Shown here: piece by piece, positions 20,006-31,600 of the stretch
Numbering within the stretch: position 1 is the first letter of the stretch
Layout: every line of letters begins with the position of its first letter
Origin: Candidatus Kerfeldbacteria bacterium
GTDB lineage: Bacteria > Patescibacteriota > Patescibacteriia > UBA10025 > JAHIVO01
DNA length: 64,000 bases
Direction: 5' to 3'
Assembly: GCA_016214565.1 (NCBI GenBank)
Contig: JACROE010000002.1
Coordinates: forward strand, 536,007 to 600,006
Made by a program: the position numbers and the translations under genes
Notes under the pieces: model-generated
Told to the model about the DNA's origin: nothing
Database searches by the model: none
What the model saw: the letters and a program-made list of their open reading frames with translations, nothing else

Positions 20006-21004
20006 ATGAAGATTATACTTGCCCAACCTCGCGGCTTTTGTGCTGGCGTTGATCGCGCCATCGATATTGTTATATTAGCGCTGCAGGTATATGGCGCGCC
20101 ATTATATGTAAAGCATGCCATCGTGCATAATGCACATGTGGTGAGAGATCTGGAAAAGAAGGGCGCGACATTTGTCGAATCAATTGAGGAGATACCGATC
20201 GGCAGCCGGGTTATTTTTAGCGCCCACGGCAGCCCGCCGTCTGATTATGATGCGGCTCGACATCGCTCAATCGAAATCATTGATGCGACCTGTCCACTGG
20301 TGACCAAAGTACATCTTGAGGTCAAGCGCTATGTGAGGGAAGGGTATACGATTATTTTGGTAGGTCACCGTGGCCATGTGGAAATGCGTGGCACCATGGG
20401 AGAGGCGCCGGAGCATACTTATTTGGTTGAAACAATTGAAGATGTCCATGCCCTTGGTTTTTCTAAGGATACAAAGATTGCCGTCCTGACCCAAACTACA
20501 TTATCCGTGGATGATACGGCGACTCTCTTAGTCGAAATAAAGAAGGTATTTCCCCAGGCAATCCTTCCGCCAGCGGCCGATATCTGTTATGCCACCACCA
20601 ATCGGCAGGCGGCTGCAAAAGCCTTGGCGCGGCAGTGCGATATTGTTTTGGTAATGGGTTCAATCACCAGCTCGAATACCAATCGGTTAGTAGAGGTCGT
20701 CCGTGCAATTGGCACACCAGCCTATCGCATTGATCAGGTATCGGAGATTCAGCCTGAGTGGCTGTCCGCTCCTATGCGGGTAGGCATTACTTCGGGCGCT
20801 TCAGCACCCGAGTCAATCGTGCAGGCAGTGGTTGACCGATTGCGATCAACGTATGGAGCAACGGTTGAGACATTACCTGTTATTGAAGAGCGCGTTTGGT
20901 TTGATATACCGAAAGATTTGAAGGATGTGGCGCATGACCGGGGCATTGACACCGACGTCCTGAGCAAACATACTATTGCACAGGACGCTACGATGAAACG
21001 GTAA
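20006..21004 (+). CDS. ispH: 4-hydroxy-3-methylbut-2-enyl diphosphate reductase
   Basis: PRGFCAGV, IVHN, FSAHG, DATCPLV, QTTLS, DICYATTNRQ, SSNT, GITSGASAP. Confidence 0.95.
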   Translation: MKIILAQPRGFCAGVDRAIDIVILALQVYGAPLYVKHAIVHNAHVVRDLEKKGATFVESIEEIPIGSRVIFSAHGSPPSDYDAARHRSIEIIDATCPLVTKVHLEVKRYVREGYTIILVGHRGHVEMRGTMGEAPEHTYLVETIEDVHALGFSKDTKIAVLTQTTLSVDDTATLLVEIKKVFPQAILPPAADICYATTNRQAAAKALARQCDIVLVMGSITSSNTNRLVEVVRAIGTPAYRIDQVSEIQPEWLSAPMRVGITSGASAPESIVQAVVDRLRSTYGATVETLPVIEERVWFDIPKDLKDVAHDRGIDTDVLSKHTIAQDATMKR

Positions 21005-21023
21005 TTAATAATTTACTAACGCT

Positions 21024-21104
21024 ATGAACAAAAAGCAAAAAGTTGCGCGCAAGAAGCATTCGCGCAAGCAGGGGAAAAAGATTCCTTCCGCCCGCCATCG
21101 CTAG
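21024..21104 (+). CDS. Possible 26-aa highly basic peptide MNKKQKVARKKHSRKQGKKIPSARHR
   Basis: ATG 21024 to TAG 21104 directly after ispH, AT-rich upstream context like other genes. Confidence 0.35.
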   Translation: MNKKQKVARKKHSRKQGKKIPSARHR

Positions 21105-21114
21105 TCAAAACCCC

Positions 21115-21143
21115 TTGATTTTTTAGGTTTTTCGTGCTATAAT
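21115..21143 (+). promoter_or_regulatory. sigma70 promoter
   Basis: TTGATT-17-TATAAT with extended TG. Confidence 0.7.
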
Positions 21144-21149
21144 TGATTA

Positions 21150-21293
21150 TGGTGGTCTACGTACACGCAATAAAAAGTGTGCCAGGACCCAAGTCCTCTA
21201 CTTTGCAAAGGGGGATTCCTCCCGTAAAACGAGCCCGCACCGTGCATGGGCAGCAGCGCGAATGTCGCGCATACATGGTGCGGGCTGTTTTTA
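21150..21293 (+). ncRNA. Candidate small RNA
   Basis: Own promoter, hairpins, terminal stem AGCCCGCACC...GGTGCGGGCT plus T-run. Confidence 0.4.
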
Positions 21294-21323
21294 TTGACAA
21301 AGCAGTGCAGTCAATCGTATACT
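21294..21323 (+). promoter_or_regulatory. metK promoter
   Basis: TTGACA-18-TATACT. Confidence 0.65.
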
Positions 21324-21348
21324 ACTAATTACATTTACAAATACATAC

Positions 21349-21471
21349 CTTATCAAGAGTGAGCGTAGGGATCTGACCCGATGATGCTCCGGCAACCGCG
21401 AAGCGCCCTGAATGTACTTCAGGGCCATTCAATGGTGCTCCATTCAGACTACAATCGTGTAGGAAGATAAG
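21349..21471 (+). ncRNA. SAM-I (S-box) riboswitch
   Basis: CTTATCAAGAG...GGGA...CCCGATGA...CGGCAACC...GGTGC...GAAGATAAG upstream of metK, followed by TCTCC/GGAGA-T-run terminator (21489-21512). Confidence 0.88.
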
Positions 21472-21535
21472 CATTAGCCTCAAACTTTCTCCCTAACGTG
21501 GAGATTTTTTTATTCATTAATGTATAATCATTTCT

Positions 21536-22693
21536 ATGTCCGTACGGAAACTATTTACCTCAGAGTCAGTCACCGAGGGTCATCCCGATAAAGTCTGTGA
21601 TCAAATTTCAGATGCCATTTACGATGCGATGCTGCGCCAAGATCTTGAGACGCACGCTGGCATCGAATGTTTTGCGACCACCGGTCTCGTGATGGTTGGC
21701 GGTGAAGCCCGCACTAGAGCCTACGTGGATATTCAGGATGTGGTTCGTCAGACATTGAAACGGATTGGCTACGATAGTCCTGATTTTGGTTTTTGCTACA
21801 AAGATATTGGCGTTATCAGTACGCTTCATGAACAATCCCCGGATATTGCGCAGGGCGTGGACGAAGGCGCCGGCGAATTCAAAGAGCAGGGCGCGGGTGA
21901 TCAGGGACTCATGTTCGGCTATGCCTGCGATCAGACGCCGGAGCTGATGCCATTGCCGATTTCGCTGGCCCAGCGCTTGGCACGACGGTTGTCAGAAGTG
22001 CGCAAAGACGGCACATTGCCATATTTACGACCTGATGGCAAGTCCCAGGTCAGCGTTGAATATATTGATGGCAAACCTTCTCGGGTAACGGCCGTGGTGA
22101 TTGCCGCACACCATGCGGAAAGTGTAGAAATGGAAACATTGCGTAGAGATATTACCGAGCAGGTGATTAAGCCCGTCCTCGGCGAATGGTACACTGCCGA
22201 AACTCAAATGTTTATTAATTCGACGGGTAAGTTTGTGATTGGTGGTCCTCCGGCAGACACTGGTTTGACTGGTCGTAAAATTATCGTCGATACGTATGGT
22301 GGCTACGCCCCTCATGGCGGTGGTTGTTTCTCGGGGAAATGCATTACCAAGGTTGATCGCAGCGCTGCCTACGCCGCTCGGTACATCGCCAAGCATGTGG
22401 TAGCTGCTGGATTGGCACGTGAATGTTTAGTGCAGCTGGCGTATTCTATCGGTGTAGCCAAACCTGTTTCGATCATGGTTGATACCAAGGGGACCGGCAC
22501 CATACCGGATGCGGAGATTGAGGCGCTGGTTGAGAAGCATTTTCCCGTGAAACCGGCAGATATTATTCGTGAACTCAATCTCAAGCAACCTATCTATGAG
22601 CAAACCGCTGCCTATGGCCATTTTGGCCGAACAGATGTGGAGTTTCCTTGGGAGAAATTAGACAAGCTTGACCTGGTACGCCAGAAAAAATAA
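21536..22693 (+). CDS. metK: S-adenosylmethionine synthetase
   Basis: [52 protein letters not shown]. Confidence 0.98.
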   Translation: MSVRKLFTSESVTEGHPDKVCDQISDAIYDAMLRQDLETHAGIECFATTGLVMVGGEARTRAYVDIQDVVRQTLKRIGYDSPDFGFCYKDIGVISTLHEQSPDIAQGVDEGAGEFKEQGAGDQGLMFGYACDQTPELMPLPISLAQRLARRLSEVRKDGTLPYLRPDGKSQVSVEYIDGKPSRVTAVVIAAHHAESVEMETLRRDITEQVIKPVLGEWYTAETQMFINSTGKFVIGGPPADTGLTGRKIIVDTYGGYAPHGGGCFSGKCITKVDRSAAYAARYIAKHVVAAGLARECLVQLAYSIGVAKPVSIMVDTKGTGTIPDAEIEALVEKHFPVKPADIIRELNLKQPIYEQTAAYGHFGRTDVEFPWEKLDKLDLVRQKK

Positions 22694-22708
22694 TCATCGG
22701 CTGCAATG

Positions 22709-22735
22709 AGGGCGCGCCTATGGCGCGCCCTTTTT
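22709..22735 (+). terminator. Intrinsic terminator
   Basis: AGGGCGCGCC-TAT-GGCGCGCCCT-TTTT. Confidence 0.8.
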
Positions 22736-22774
22736 GGTTAAATTGTTTTTTTAGGCTGGTGCCAGTATACTGAT

Positions 22775-23191
22775 ATGCGTATGAGCAAGGGGATTATTAT
22801 CGTCATTATTATCATGATTGCCGTTGGCGTGGGCGTGTATTGGGTACTTCAGCGTCCTGAGAGCATTGGGATAAATAACGACAATACATTCAGCGCTGGA
22901 GAGATTGTCACTGGTGCCGCTGACTTGCAGATCAAAGCACAGGCAGATAAGGATTTGGCTATTGTCAAGGCTCAGGAATTGTGGCGGAAAGCTTTGCTCG
23001 AGGGGACTGATTTATCCGCTGGTCCTTGCCTGACAAATCAGGCAATACCGGATTGGGTTGCCGATGTTGCTCATAATCCTCGTCAGGCTATTGATGATGA
23101 TCCGGCAAACCAGTGTAGTGCCTATCGTGACGGAACCGTCAGGCATTTTGTGGAAATTGATCTTGCGGGGAATGTGATTCGGGCTGAGTAA
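22775..23191 (+). CDS. Hypothetical N-terminally anchored membrane protein
   Basis: TM helix, then DLSAGPCL...DWVADVAHNPR...NQC. Confidence 0.7.
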   Translation: MRMSKGIIIVIIIMIAVGVGVYWVLQRPESIGINNDNTFSAGEIVTGAADLQIKAQADKDLAIVKAQELWRKALLEGTDLSAGPCLTNQAIPDWVADVAHNPRQAIDDDPANQCSAYRDGTVRHFVEIDLAGNVIRAE

Positions 23192-23192
23192 T

Positions 23193-23513
23193 ATGATTCA
23201 CGTCTACATTCACTATCCGAGCCGTGCCGAGGCACGGCGGATCTCAAAGCTCATCCTCCAGCGGCGACTGGCCGCCTGTATTAATTTTATTAAGCAAGAG
23301 GATCTCTACTGGTGGCGGGGTAAGCTTGTTGCAAGTACCGGCGTGATTACGCTCATCGCCACGCAACCACGGCATTATAAAAAAATTGAGCGGTTGGTGT
23401 TAGCGCACCATTCATATGCCATTCCCTGCATTCTTCGCTTACCCGTGTCGCATGCTTTGCCGGCGTACCATCGCTGGCTATTGGCAGAAACTACATTGAC
23501 TGATTCAAAATGA
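23193..23513 (+). CDS. cutA: Divalent cation tolerance protein CutA
   Basis: RLAACIN, YWWRGK, HSYAIPCI, YHRWL. Confidence 0.85.
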   Translation: MIHVYIHYPSRAEARRISKLILQRRLAACINFIKQEDLYWWRGKLVASTGVITLIATQPRHYKKIERLVLAHHSYAIPCILRLPVSHALPAYHRWLLAETTLTDSK

Positions 23514-24838
23514 TTCACGCAATAAAAACAATAATTCGTGGTTTGTTGCCCCACTCAATTCTCGATGCGTATCATTTAGCGATGGCGCACCTCGGCGCGT
23601 GGTGGTACCGGCACCCGTCGCGCCAGTTGATCGTTATCGGCGTCACGGGCACTAAGGGGAAATCAACAACCGTTGCGCTGATTACGCGCGTGCTTGAGCA
23701 GGCGGGTTTTGCCGTTGGGGTGATCGCCACCACGCATTTCAAAATCAACGATCGTGAATGGGTGAATGAGACGAAGCAGACAATGCCTGGCCGGATGCGG
23801 CTGCAGCGGCTGCTTCGCGAAATGGTGCGCAGCGGTTGTCGTTACGCGATTATTGAGACGTCGTCTGAGGGTTTGGCGCAACACCGACAGGTGAGTATCG
23901 AATACGACGTAGCAGTTTTTACTAATTTATCACCAGAACACATTGAATCACACGGCAGTTTCGAGCAGTATCGCGATGCTAAATTATTGTTGTTCCGTTC
24001 GCTTGCACAACATAAGAATAAATGGATTGCTGGTGAGCGCATTTCAAAAGTAATCGTGGTCAATGGCGATGACGGTGAAGCAGTACGATTTCTCGAGCCA
24101 AGGGCAGACTTGCATTACGCATTTTCAATGCACGCCGACCAACCAATCGCGGCTCGGGTTGATTCTTTTGTTCTCGCGCACCAGGTTAGATTATTTGATG
24201 ACCATAGCGAATTCATTATTGATCATCAGCTCTTCCGTCCCTGGTTGATTGGCGCTCATAATGTTGCGAATTGCATCGCGGCTACTTCAGTTGGTGTATC
24301 TCAGCACATTCCTATAGGCATCATCAGCGAAGCATTGGGACAGAATGTACAGATACCAGGACGGATGGAGGAAATACCGAACGATCGCGATGTCCGAATT
24401 TTTGTTGACTATGCTCATGAGCCCGCATCATTGGAGGCGATCTATCGTGCGGCGCAATTACTCAAGCCAAAACGGTTGATTGCCGTACTGGGTTCGCAGG
24501 GAGGCGGTCGCGACAAAGCTAAGCGGCCAGTCTTAGGTCGGCTCGCCGGCCAGTATGCTCACTGTGTCATAGTGACCAACGAGGACCCCTATGATGAGAA
24601 TCCACAAGATATCATTGATGAGGTGGCGGCAGGGGCGATGGAAGCAGGCAAGCGGCTCGATATTGATTGTTGGAAAATAATTGATCGGGAGCGTGCGCTC
24701 AAGGCAGCACTCGATCTCGCCACGGCAGGCGATATGATACTGGTAACGGGTAAGGGCAGTGAAACAGTGATGGCGGTGGCTGGAGGGAAGCTAGTCCCCT
24801 GGGATGATCGGACTGCATTAAAAAAGCTTCTGTCGTAA
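23510..24838 (+). CDS. murE: Mur ligase, MurE-like
   Basis: GVTGTKGKST, ETSSEG, FTNLSPEH, PGRME, VDYAHEP, NEDPYDE, GKGSE. Confidence 0.85.
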   Translation: MIHAIKTIIRGLLPHSILDAYHLAMAHLGAWWYRHPSRQLIVIGVTGTKGKSTTVALITRVLEQAGFAVGVIATTHFKINDREWVNETKQTMPGRMRLQRLLREMVRSGCRYAIIETSSEGLAQHRQVSIEYDVAVFTNLSPEHIESHGSFEQYRDAKLLLFRSLAQHKNKWIAGERISKVIVVNGDDGEAVRFLEPRADLHYAFSMHADQPIAARVDSFVLAHQVRLFDDHSEFIIDHQLFRPWLIGAHNVANCIAATSVGVSQHIPIGIISEALGQNVQIPGRMEEIPNDRDVRIFVDYAHEPASLEAIYRAAQLLKPKRLIAVLGSQGGGRDKAKRPVLGRLAGQYAHCVIVTNEDPYDENPQDIIDEVAAGAMEAGKRLDIDCWKIIDRERALKAALDLATAGDMILVTGKGSETVMAVAGGKLVPWDDRTALKKLLS

Positions 24839-25067
24839 GTGAGTAAAAGTTACCAGTCCGGTGTCAAAACCTGTCTTTTTGTTTGCTTTATTTTTGAGGC
24901 AAATGAAGAAGTCGGGAAATTTCTTTGGTTTTGAGGGGTTCAGCATTAGAATTGTGGATAACTTGTGGGTGACTTTATTTAAAAACCCCAATATTTTTAT
25001 TTGTGGCGCTCATCCTTTGGCTAATAGTAGTGTATATTTGACATATTTAGTTCAATCTGCTTGAAAC

Positions 25068-25096
25068 TTGACACGACTTAGGGCATCTGTTACTAT
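25068..25096 (+). promoter_or_regulatory. rpoBC promoter
   Basis: TTGACA-17-TACTAT with extended TG. Confidence 0.7.
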
Positions 25097-25217
25097 CCGA
25101 TGTACATATCCATACGGAGACGTCAAAATATTCGATGACGTTTAGATACAAATCATAACAATTGAGCCAAAGTTTCAACCTCTTTCACACGTGAAAGGGT
25201 GGGGAGTGTCTATTTTT

Positions 25218-28200
25218 ATGTCTACGCCACAACCAATCGTAGCGCATCTCGAGCGCAAACGCTTTACGAAAATGGCCGCGACGGCCGAATTGCCTAATCT
25301 GATTGAGGCGCAGCGCCGCTCCTATGAATGGTTCCTGAAAGAAGGGTTGAAAGAATTATTTGAAGAAGTTTCCCCGGTGAAAGATTTCATCGGGCGTGAT
25401 TTGGAATTATATTTTTTAGATTACTATCTCGACGAACCGCGCTTTGATGAATGGAAAGCTAAAGATAAAAATGTTACCTTCGAAGCACCATTACGCGTCG
25501 AGACGAAGTTGGTTAATAAGAAAACTGGTGAAATTAAAGAGCAAGAGGTCTATTTGGGCGACTTCCCCTTAATGACTGATCGCGGCACTTTCATTATTAA
25601 TGGCATTGAGCGTGTTGTGGTGAGCCAGCTGATCCGTTCGGCTGGTGTTTTTTTCACTTCAGAAATTATTCGAGGCCGGACGTACTATGGCGCGAAGATT
25701 ATTCCGAATCGTGGCGCATGGCTCGAAATCGAGACTGATGCGAATAATGTAATTTCTGTAAAAATTGATCGCAAACGTAAAGTGCCAATCACCTCGTTGC
25801 TTCGTGCTTTTGGCTATGGCACTGACGAAGAATTGCAACGTTTGTTCGCCGCCGTTCCGGTCGAAGACAATGTTGACTATATCGCCGCGACACTGGCTAA
25901 GGATTCCGCCCGCAATGAAGCAGAGGGTTTACGAGAAGTGTACAAACGCATTCGTCCGGGTGATCTCGCTACGGTGGATAATGCGCGCGAATTAATTTAC
26001 AAAATGTTTTTCTCATTTGATCGCTATGACTTCGGTCGCGTCGGTCGCTACAAATTGAATCAGCGTTTTGGATTCAATTTTCCGAATACAAAAGAATATC
26101 GCGTCTTGCAAAAAGAAGACGTGGTAGCGATTATTTCCGAAATTATCAAATTGAACAATTCACAGAAAGAGGCAGACGACATTGATCATCTGGGCAACCG
26201 TCGGGTTCGTGCTATTGGTGAATTAGTTCAAAATAAATTCCGTATCGGTTTGGCTCGCATGGAGCGCATTGTCAAAGATCGGATGAGCACCATGGATATC
26301 AATACCTTAACGCCGAACCAATTGATTAATGCGCGTCCGATCATCGGCTCAATCAAGGAATTTTTCATGTCATCTCAGCTGTCTCAGTTTATGGATCAAA
26401 CCAATCCCTTAGCTGAATTGGAGCACAAGCGGCGGTTGTCTGCCATGGGTCCTGGCGGTCTCTCTCGGGAGCGCGCCGGATTTGACGTGCGTGATGTGCA
26501 TCGCACCCACTATGGTCGCATTTGTCCCATCGCCACTCCGGAAGGACCAAACATTGGTTTGGTGGGGCACTTATCGTGTTACGCTCGCGTGAATGAATTT
26601 GGGTTTATCGAAACGCCATTCCGCAAAGTAATTCATACAGTTGAAAATAAAGCCGCTCAGACAGAAGGAGAGATTTTACGTGAACCGGTCAAAGCCGCTG
26701 ACGGTTCGGTTGTCGGCAAAGCAGGCGAGACGATTACTAAGTCATTAGCCACCGCGCTTGAGAAAACTGGTGTGGCTACGATTGCCGTCAAACCACACGC
26801 TACCAATGAACTCCTTTACCTGGACGCCTTTGTCGAGGAAAAAGGCGTCACCACTGCTGCGACTACTCCAGTCGATGAGAATGGATATTTCCTGACTGAA
26901 AAAGCCGAGGTACGCCGTCGTGGTGAACCAACCGTTGATTATGTATGGAATATAGATTACATGGATGTGGCGCCCTATCAGATTATCAGTATTACCACCG
27001 CATTGATTCCGTTCCTTGAACATGATGATGCCGTACGCGCCTTAATGGGTTCGAACATGCAACGCCAAGCAGTTCCCTGCGTCATTCCTGATTCGCCATT
27101 GGTTGGAACTGGCGTCGAGTACAAGGCGGCAGTAGATTCTGGCCAAACAATTGTGACTCGCGTCGATGGTACCGTAACCGCGGTCGGTGGCAATGCCGTG
27201 ACCGTCCAGGATCGGAATGGAAAGACGCATAGTTATCGATTGCAGAAATTTGTTCGATCAAATGCCTCCACCTGCATTAACCAGCGTCCCATCGTGAATG
27301 TCGGCCAGGAAGTGAAGGCGGGCGATGTGTTAGCCGATGGCCCAGCCACTGACAAAGGTGAGCTCGCTCTCGGCCAAAATGCTTTAGTTGCATTTATGTC
27401 TTGGGAAGGTGGCAATTACGAAGACGCTATTCTTATCTCTGACCGATTAGTTCAGGCAGATAAATACTCCTCAATTCATATTGAAGATTATACCGTTGAC
27501 GTGCGCGACACCAAGCTCGGGCCTGAAGTAGTTACTCGAGACATCCCGAATATTGGCGAAGAGAAATTGAAGGATTTGGATGATGAGGGTATTGTTCGTA
27601 TCGGGGCGGAGGTTTCCTCAGGTGATATTTTGGTTGGGAAGATAACTCCGAAAGGCGAAACCGAGCTTTCGGCCGAGGAAAAATTACTCCGTGCAATTTT
27701 TGGCGAAAAAGCGAAAGATGTTAAAGACAGCTCACTCTATCTCGAGCATGGAGAACAGGGTAAAGTGGTTGATGTGAAGATTTTTTCCCGTGAGCAGGGT
27801 GATAAATTATCCTCGGGTATCTTGAAATCGATTCAGATTTCTGTGGCTCAGCTCCGCAAGATTCAAGTTGGCGACAAATTAGCCGGACGTCATGGTAACA
27901 AAGGCGTCATCTCACGCATTGTGCCGATCGAAGATATGCCGCACTTGGCCGATGGCACCCCGGTAGATATTATTCTCAATCCGCTCGGCGTTGCTTCGCG
28001 TATGAATATCGGTCAAATTTTGGAAACGCACCTGGGCATGGCCGCACACTATCTAGGTTATAAAGTGGCCACCGCGCCGCTGAATGGTACCGATGAGTCG
28101 ACCATTCGTGAAGAATTAGTCAAAGCAGGCTTCCCCAGCACCGGCAAGATGGAGCTCTATGATGGACGCACGGGAGATAAATTTGATCAGCCGGTGACCG

Positions 28201-28664
28201 TCGGATTTATGTATATATTGAAACTCAACCACATGGTAGAGGACAAGATTCACATGCGGTCAATCGGGCCGTATTCATTAGTTACTCAGCAGCCACTCGG
28301 TGGTAAAGCACAATTTGGTGGCCAACGATTCGGTGAAATGGAAGTTTGGGCGCTGGAAGCATATGGTGCCGCGCATACGCTGCAAGAAATGTTGACGATC
28401 AAATCTGATGATGTGCCCGGCCGTTCGAAAGCTTATGAAGCGATTATTAAAGGTGAACCAATTCGGAAATTGAATATTCCTGAAACATTCAATGTATTAA
28501 TTCGCGAATTAAAGGGCCTGGGCCTCGATGTGGAATTGATTGGTGAAAAACGCGAAGCGGTGGATGATTTCCCTGCTCGCAAACCGATGATGGATGCGGC
28601 GCCTGAAGCACGCAGCGAAGCTGCGCCAGAATCCAAGACCAAAGAAGAGGAGATTAACGAATAA
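25218..28664 (+). CDS. rpoB: RNA polymerase beta subunit
   Basis: [55 protein letters not shown]. Confidence 0.99.
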   Translation: MSTPQPIVAHLERKRFTKMAATAELPNLIEAQRRSYEWFLKEGLKELFEEVSPVKDFIGRDLELYFLDYYLDEPRFDEWKAKDKNVTFEAPLRVETKLVNKKTGEIKEQEVYLGDFPLMTDRGTFIINGIERVVVSQLIRSAGVFFTSEIIRGRTYYGAKIIPNRGAWLEIETDANNVISVKIDRKRKVPITSLLRAFGYGTDEELQRLFAAVPVEDNVDYIAATLAKDSARNEAEGLREVYKRIRPGDLATVDNARELIYKMFFSFDRYDFGRVGRYKLNQRFGFNFPNTKEYRVLQKEDVVAIISEIIKLNNSQKEADDIDHLGNRRVRAIGELVQNKFRIGLARMERIVKDRMSTMDINTLTPNQLINARPIIGSIKEFFMSSQLSQFMDQTNPLAELEHKRRLSAMGPGGLSRERAGFDVRDVHRTHYGRICPIATPEGPNIGLVGHLSCYARVNEFGFIETPFRKVIHTVENKAAQTEGEILREPVKAADGSVVGKAGETITKSLATALEKTGVATIAVKPHATNELLYLDAFVEEKGVTTAATTPVDENGYFLTEKAEVRRRGEPTVDYVWNIDYMDVAPYQIISITTALIPFLEHDDAVRALMGSNMQRQAVPCVIPDSPLVGTGVEYKAAVDSGQTIVTRVDGTVTAVGGNAVTVQDRNGKTHSYRLQKFVRSNASTCINQRPIVNVGQEVKAGDVLADGPATDKGELALGQNALVAFMSWEGGNYEDAILISDRLVQADKYSSIHIEDYTVDVRDTKLGPEVVTRDIPNIGEEKLKDLDDEGIVRIGAEVSSGDILVGKITPKGETELSAEEKLLRAIFGEKAKDVKDSSLYLEHGEQGKVVDVKIFSREQGDKLSSGILKSIQISVAQLRKIQVGDKLAGRHGNKGVISRIVPIEDMPHLADGTPVDIILNPLGVASRMNIGQILETHLGMAAHYLGYKVATAPLNGTDESTIREELVKAGFPSTGKMELYDGRTGDKFDQPVTVGFMYILKLNHMVEDKIHMRSIGPYSLVTQQPLGGKAQFGGQRFGEMEVWALEAYGAAHTLQEMLTIKSDDVPGRSKAYEAIIKGEPIRKLNIPETFNVLIRELKGLGLDVELIGEKREAVDDFPARKPMMDAAPEARSEAAPESKTKEEEINE

Positions 28665-28667
28665 CCT

Positions 28668-31600
28668 ATGATTGGAGAAGTAAGCTCAACCACCGTAGAT
28701 TTTAATGCAATTCGTCTAAAACTGGCGAGCCCTGATGGTATTTTGGGCTGGTCGCATGGCGAGGTTACCAAGCCGGAGACGATTAATTATCGAACTCAAA
28801 AACCGGAAAAAGACGGGTTGTTCTGTGAAAAGATTTTTGGTCCGACCAAAGATTGGGAGTGTTATTGTGGTAAATATAAGAAAGTCCGCTATAAAGGCAT
28901 TGTCTGCGACAAATGCGGCGTTGAAGTGACGCGCAGTATTGTTCGTCGCGAACGGATGGGCCACATCCAATTGGCCGCTCCAGTCTCACATATTTGGTTC
29001 CTTCGTGGCGTTCCCTCGAAGATCGGCTTGATGCTTGATTTATCAGTCCAAGATTTGGAGAAAGTAATCTATTTTGCAAATTTCATTATTACCAGTGTTG
29101 ATCCGGAATTGCGCGACCAAACGGTTGCTCAGATTGATGTCGAATTCGAGGCGAAAAAGAAATCGATTGAAGCAGATACCAGTCGGATTGCTAATGACAT
29201 CAAACAGCGCTTAACCGCCGCCGGCACTGATGCCGCGAAAGACATTATCAAAGAATTGAATGACGAATTGCAGGCAAATCAGCAGCGCAAAGAAAAGAAG
29301 ATGGAGGATTTGGATGAAGCGGTTGAATTAGCCAAGCGAGAATTGAAGAGCCTGAAGCCATTGCAGATTATTTCCGAACAGCAGTACCGTGATTTATCGT
29401 TGAAATACGGTCATGTCTTCGAAGCAGAAATCGGCGCTGAAGCAATTCGCAATTTATTGTTGAAGATTGATTTGGACGTTGAGATTGCTAAGCTCGAGAA
29501 AGAAATTATCGATTTACCAGAAGCAAAACTTCGCCGTGCTGTGCGACGGCTGAAGCTCTTCAAGAGTTTCAAAATTAATAAATTCCGTCCGGAGTGGATG
29601 ATTATGACCGTTGTTCCGGTGATTCCGCCAGACTTGCGGCCTATGGTGCAGCTCGACGGTGGTCGGTTCGCCGCTTCTGACCTGAATGATTTATACCGAC
29701 GTGTTATTAATCGCAATAATCGTTTAAAACGGTTGATCGCCTTGAACTCTCCGGAAGTTATTCGTCGCAATGAGAAACGCATGCTCCAAGAGGCGATTGA
29801 CGCATTGATTGACAATAATGCTCGCCACGGAAAAACCGTGACTGCCTCGACGGGCCAGAAGCGTCAGCTGAAATCAATCGCCGACATCTTGAAAGGCAAG
29901 CAAGGTCGCTTCCGTCAGAATTTGCTGGGTAAACGCGTCGATTATTCAGGTCGTTCCGTTATCGTGGTTGGCCCGCATTTGCGCATGGATCAGTGTGGTT
30001 TGCCGAAACGCATGGCCTTGGAGCTTTTCAAACCCTTTATCATTAGTCAATTGATCAAGCGGGAATTTGTGCATAATGTGCGCAGCGCCAGCCGATTTAT
30101 TGAATCCGGTCGCGCTGAAGTTTGGGATATTTTGGAAGAAGTTTCCAAAGACGCGCACGTTTTACTTAATCGCGCACCGACTCTTCACCGTCTCGGTATC
30201 CAGGCATTTCGTCCTGTCTTAATCGAAGGTAAGGCTATCCAAGTGCACCCGCTCGTTTGTCCGGCTTTCAATGCTGACTTTGATGGTGACCAGATGGCTG
30301 TCCACGTGCCCTTAACTGAGAACGCGAAACGGGAAGCAGCTGAGCTGATTGCTTCTATCAACAATTTGCTCAAACCTTCTACGGGGCAACCAATTGTCAG
30401 TCCGACCCAAGACCTTGTTTTGGGCATGTATTACATTACCGTATTGCGGGAACATCCAGATTCAGAATTGCGGTTATTCGCTTCGACTGATGAAGCATTG
30501 ATGTGTGAAGGATTGGGATTGATGCATATTCAGGATGCCGCGAAGGTGCAGATTAACGGGAAAATTGTGGTGACCAGCCCTGGCCGCATTATTTTCAATC
30601 GTCTGCTGCCCGATGACTACGGTTTCGTCAATGAGACGATGGATAAGAAGAATTTGTCGAAATTGATAAGCACCATATTGCATACGTATGGCAATACCAC
30701 TACTACCGATATTCTTGATAAATTGAAATCGACTTCATTTACCTATTTGACCCGCTCGGGAATCAGCTGGGGTATGGATGATCTGGTGACTCCGCCTGAA
30801 AAGCGCCCGATTTTGAACGAAGCGGAAAAGCAAGTGGAAGAGATCGAACAGCACTTCGAGCAAGGGTTATTGACTGATGACGAGCGTCACATGAAAGTGA
30901 TTGAGATCTGGGCGATGGCTAAGGACCGCATCCAGGAAGTCAGTCGTCGCGCGCTTGATCAAAAAGGTCCTATCTTTAGCATGATTGAGTCCGGCGCCCG
31001 TGGTTCCTGGGCCCAGACTACCCAGATGATGGGCATGAAGGGCTTGGTGACCAATCCGGCTGGTGACACGATTGAATTGCCGGTCAAGGGAAGTTTCAAA
31101 GAAGGATTTGATGTATTGGAATACTTTATTTCTACGCATGGTGCTCGTAAAGGTTTGTCTGATACAGCTCTGCGTACCGCCAATGCCGGGTATTTGACTC
31201 GTCGTCTCGTGGATGTCAGCCAAGACGTGATTGTCAGCGAAGAGGATTGCGGCGACACCGATGGCTTTGTTTTGCTTGATGATAGCTCGGAATTTGGTGA
31301 AACCATGGCCAAACGCCTACTCGGCCGGGTCGTGCTTGAGGATATCAAAGATGCAAAAGGAAAAGTGATTGTAAAAAAGAATGAGCTCGTGACCGAGGCG
31401 CACATGCCGAAAATCGAGAAAGTAAAATTTGATAAAGTGCGAATTCGCTCAGTGCTCGCCTGCAAATCAAGCTGGGGCATTTGTCAGCATTGCTACGGCT
31501 ACGACCTTGGGTTTAACAAAATGGTTGAGCTGGGTGTGGCCGCGGGTATTATCGCCGCTCAGTCAATTGGTGAACCAGGCACGCAGTTGACGATGCGTAC

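Noticed and set aside
24953-24975. Perfect DnaA box (TGTGGATAA) plus a degenerate neighbour before rpoB, as a possible oriC
   Set aside because: Only one clear box and no dnaA/dnaN context; insufficient evidence
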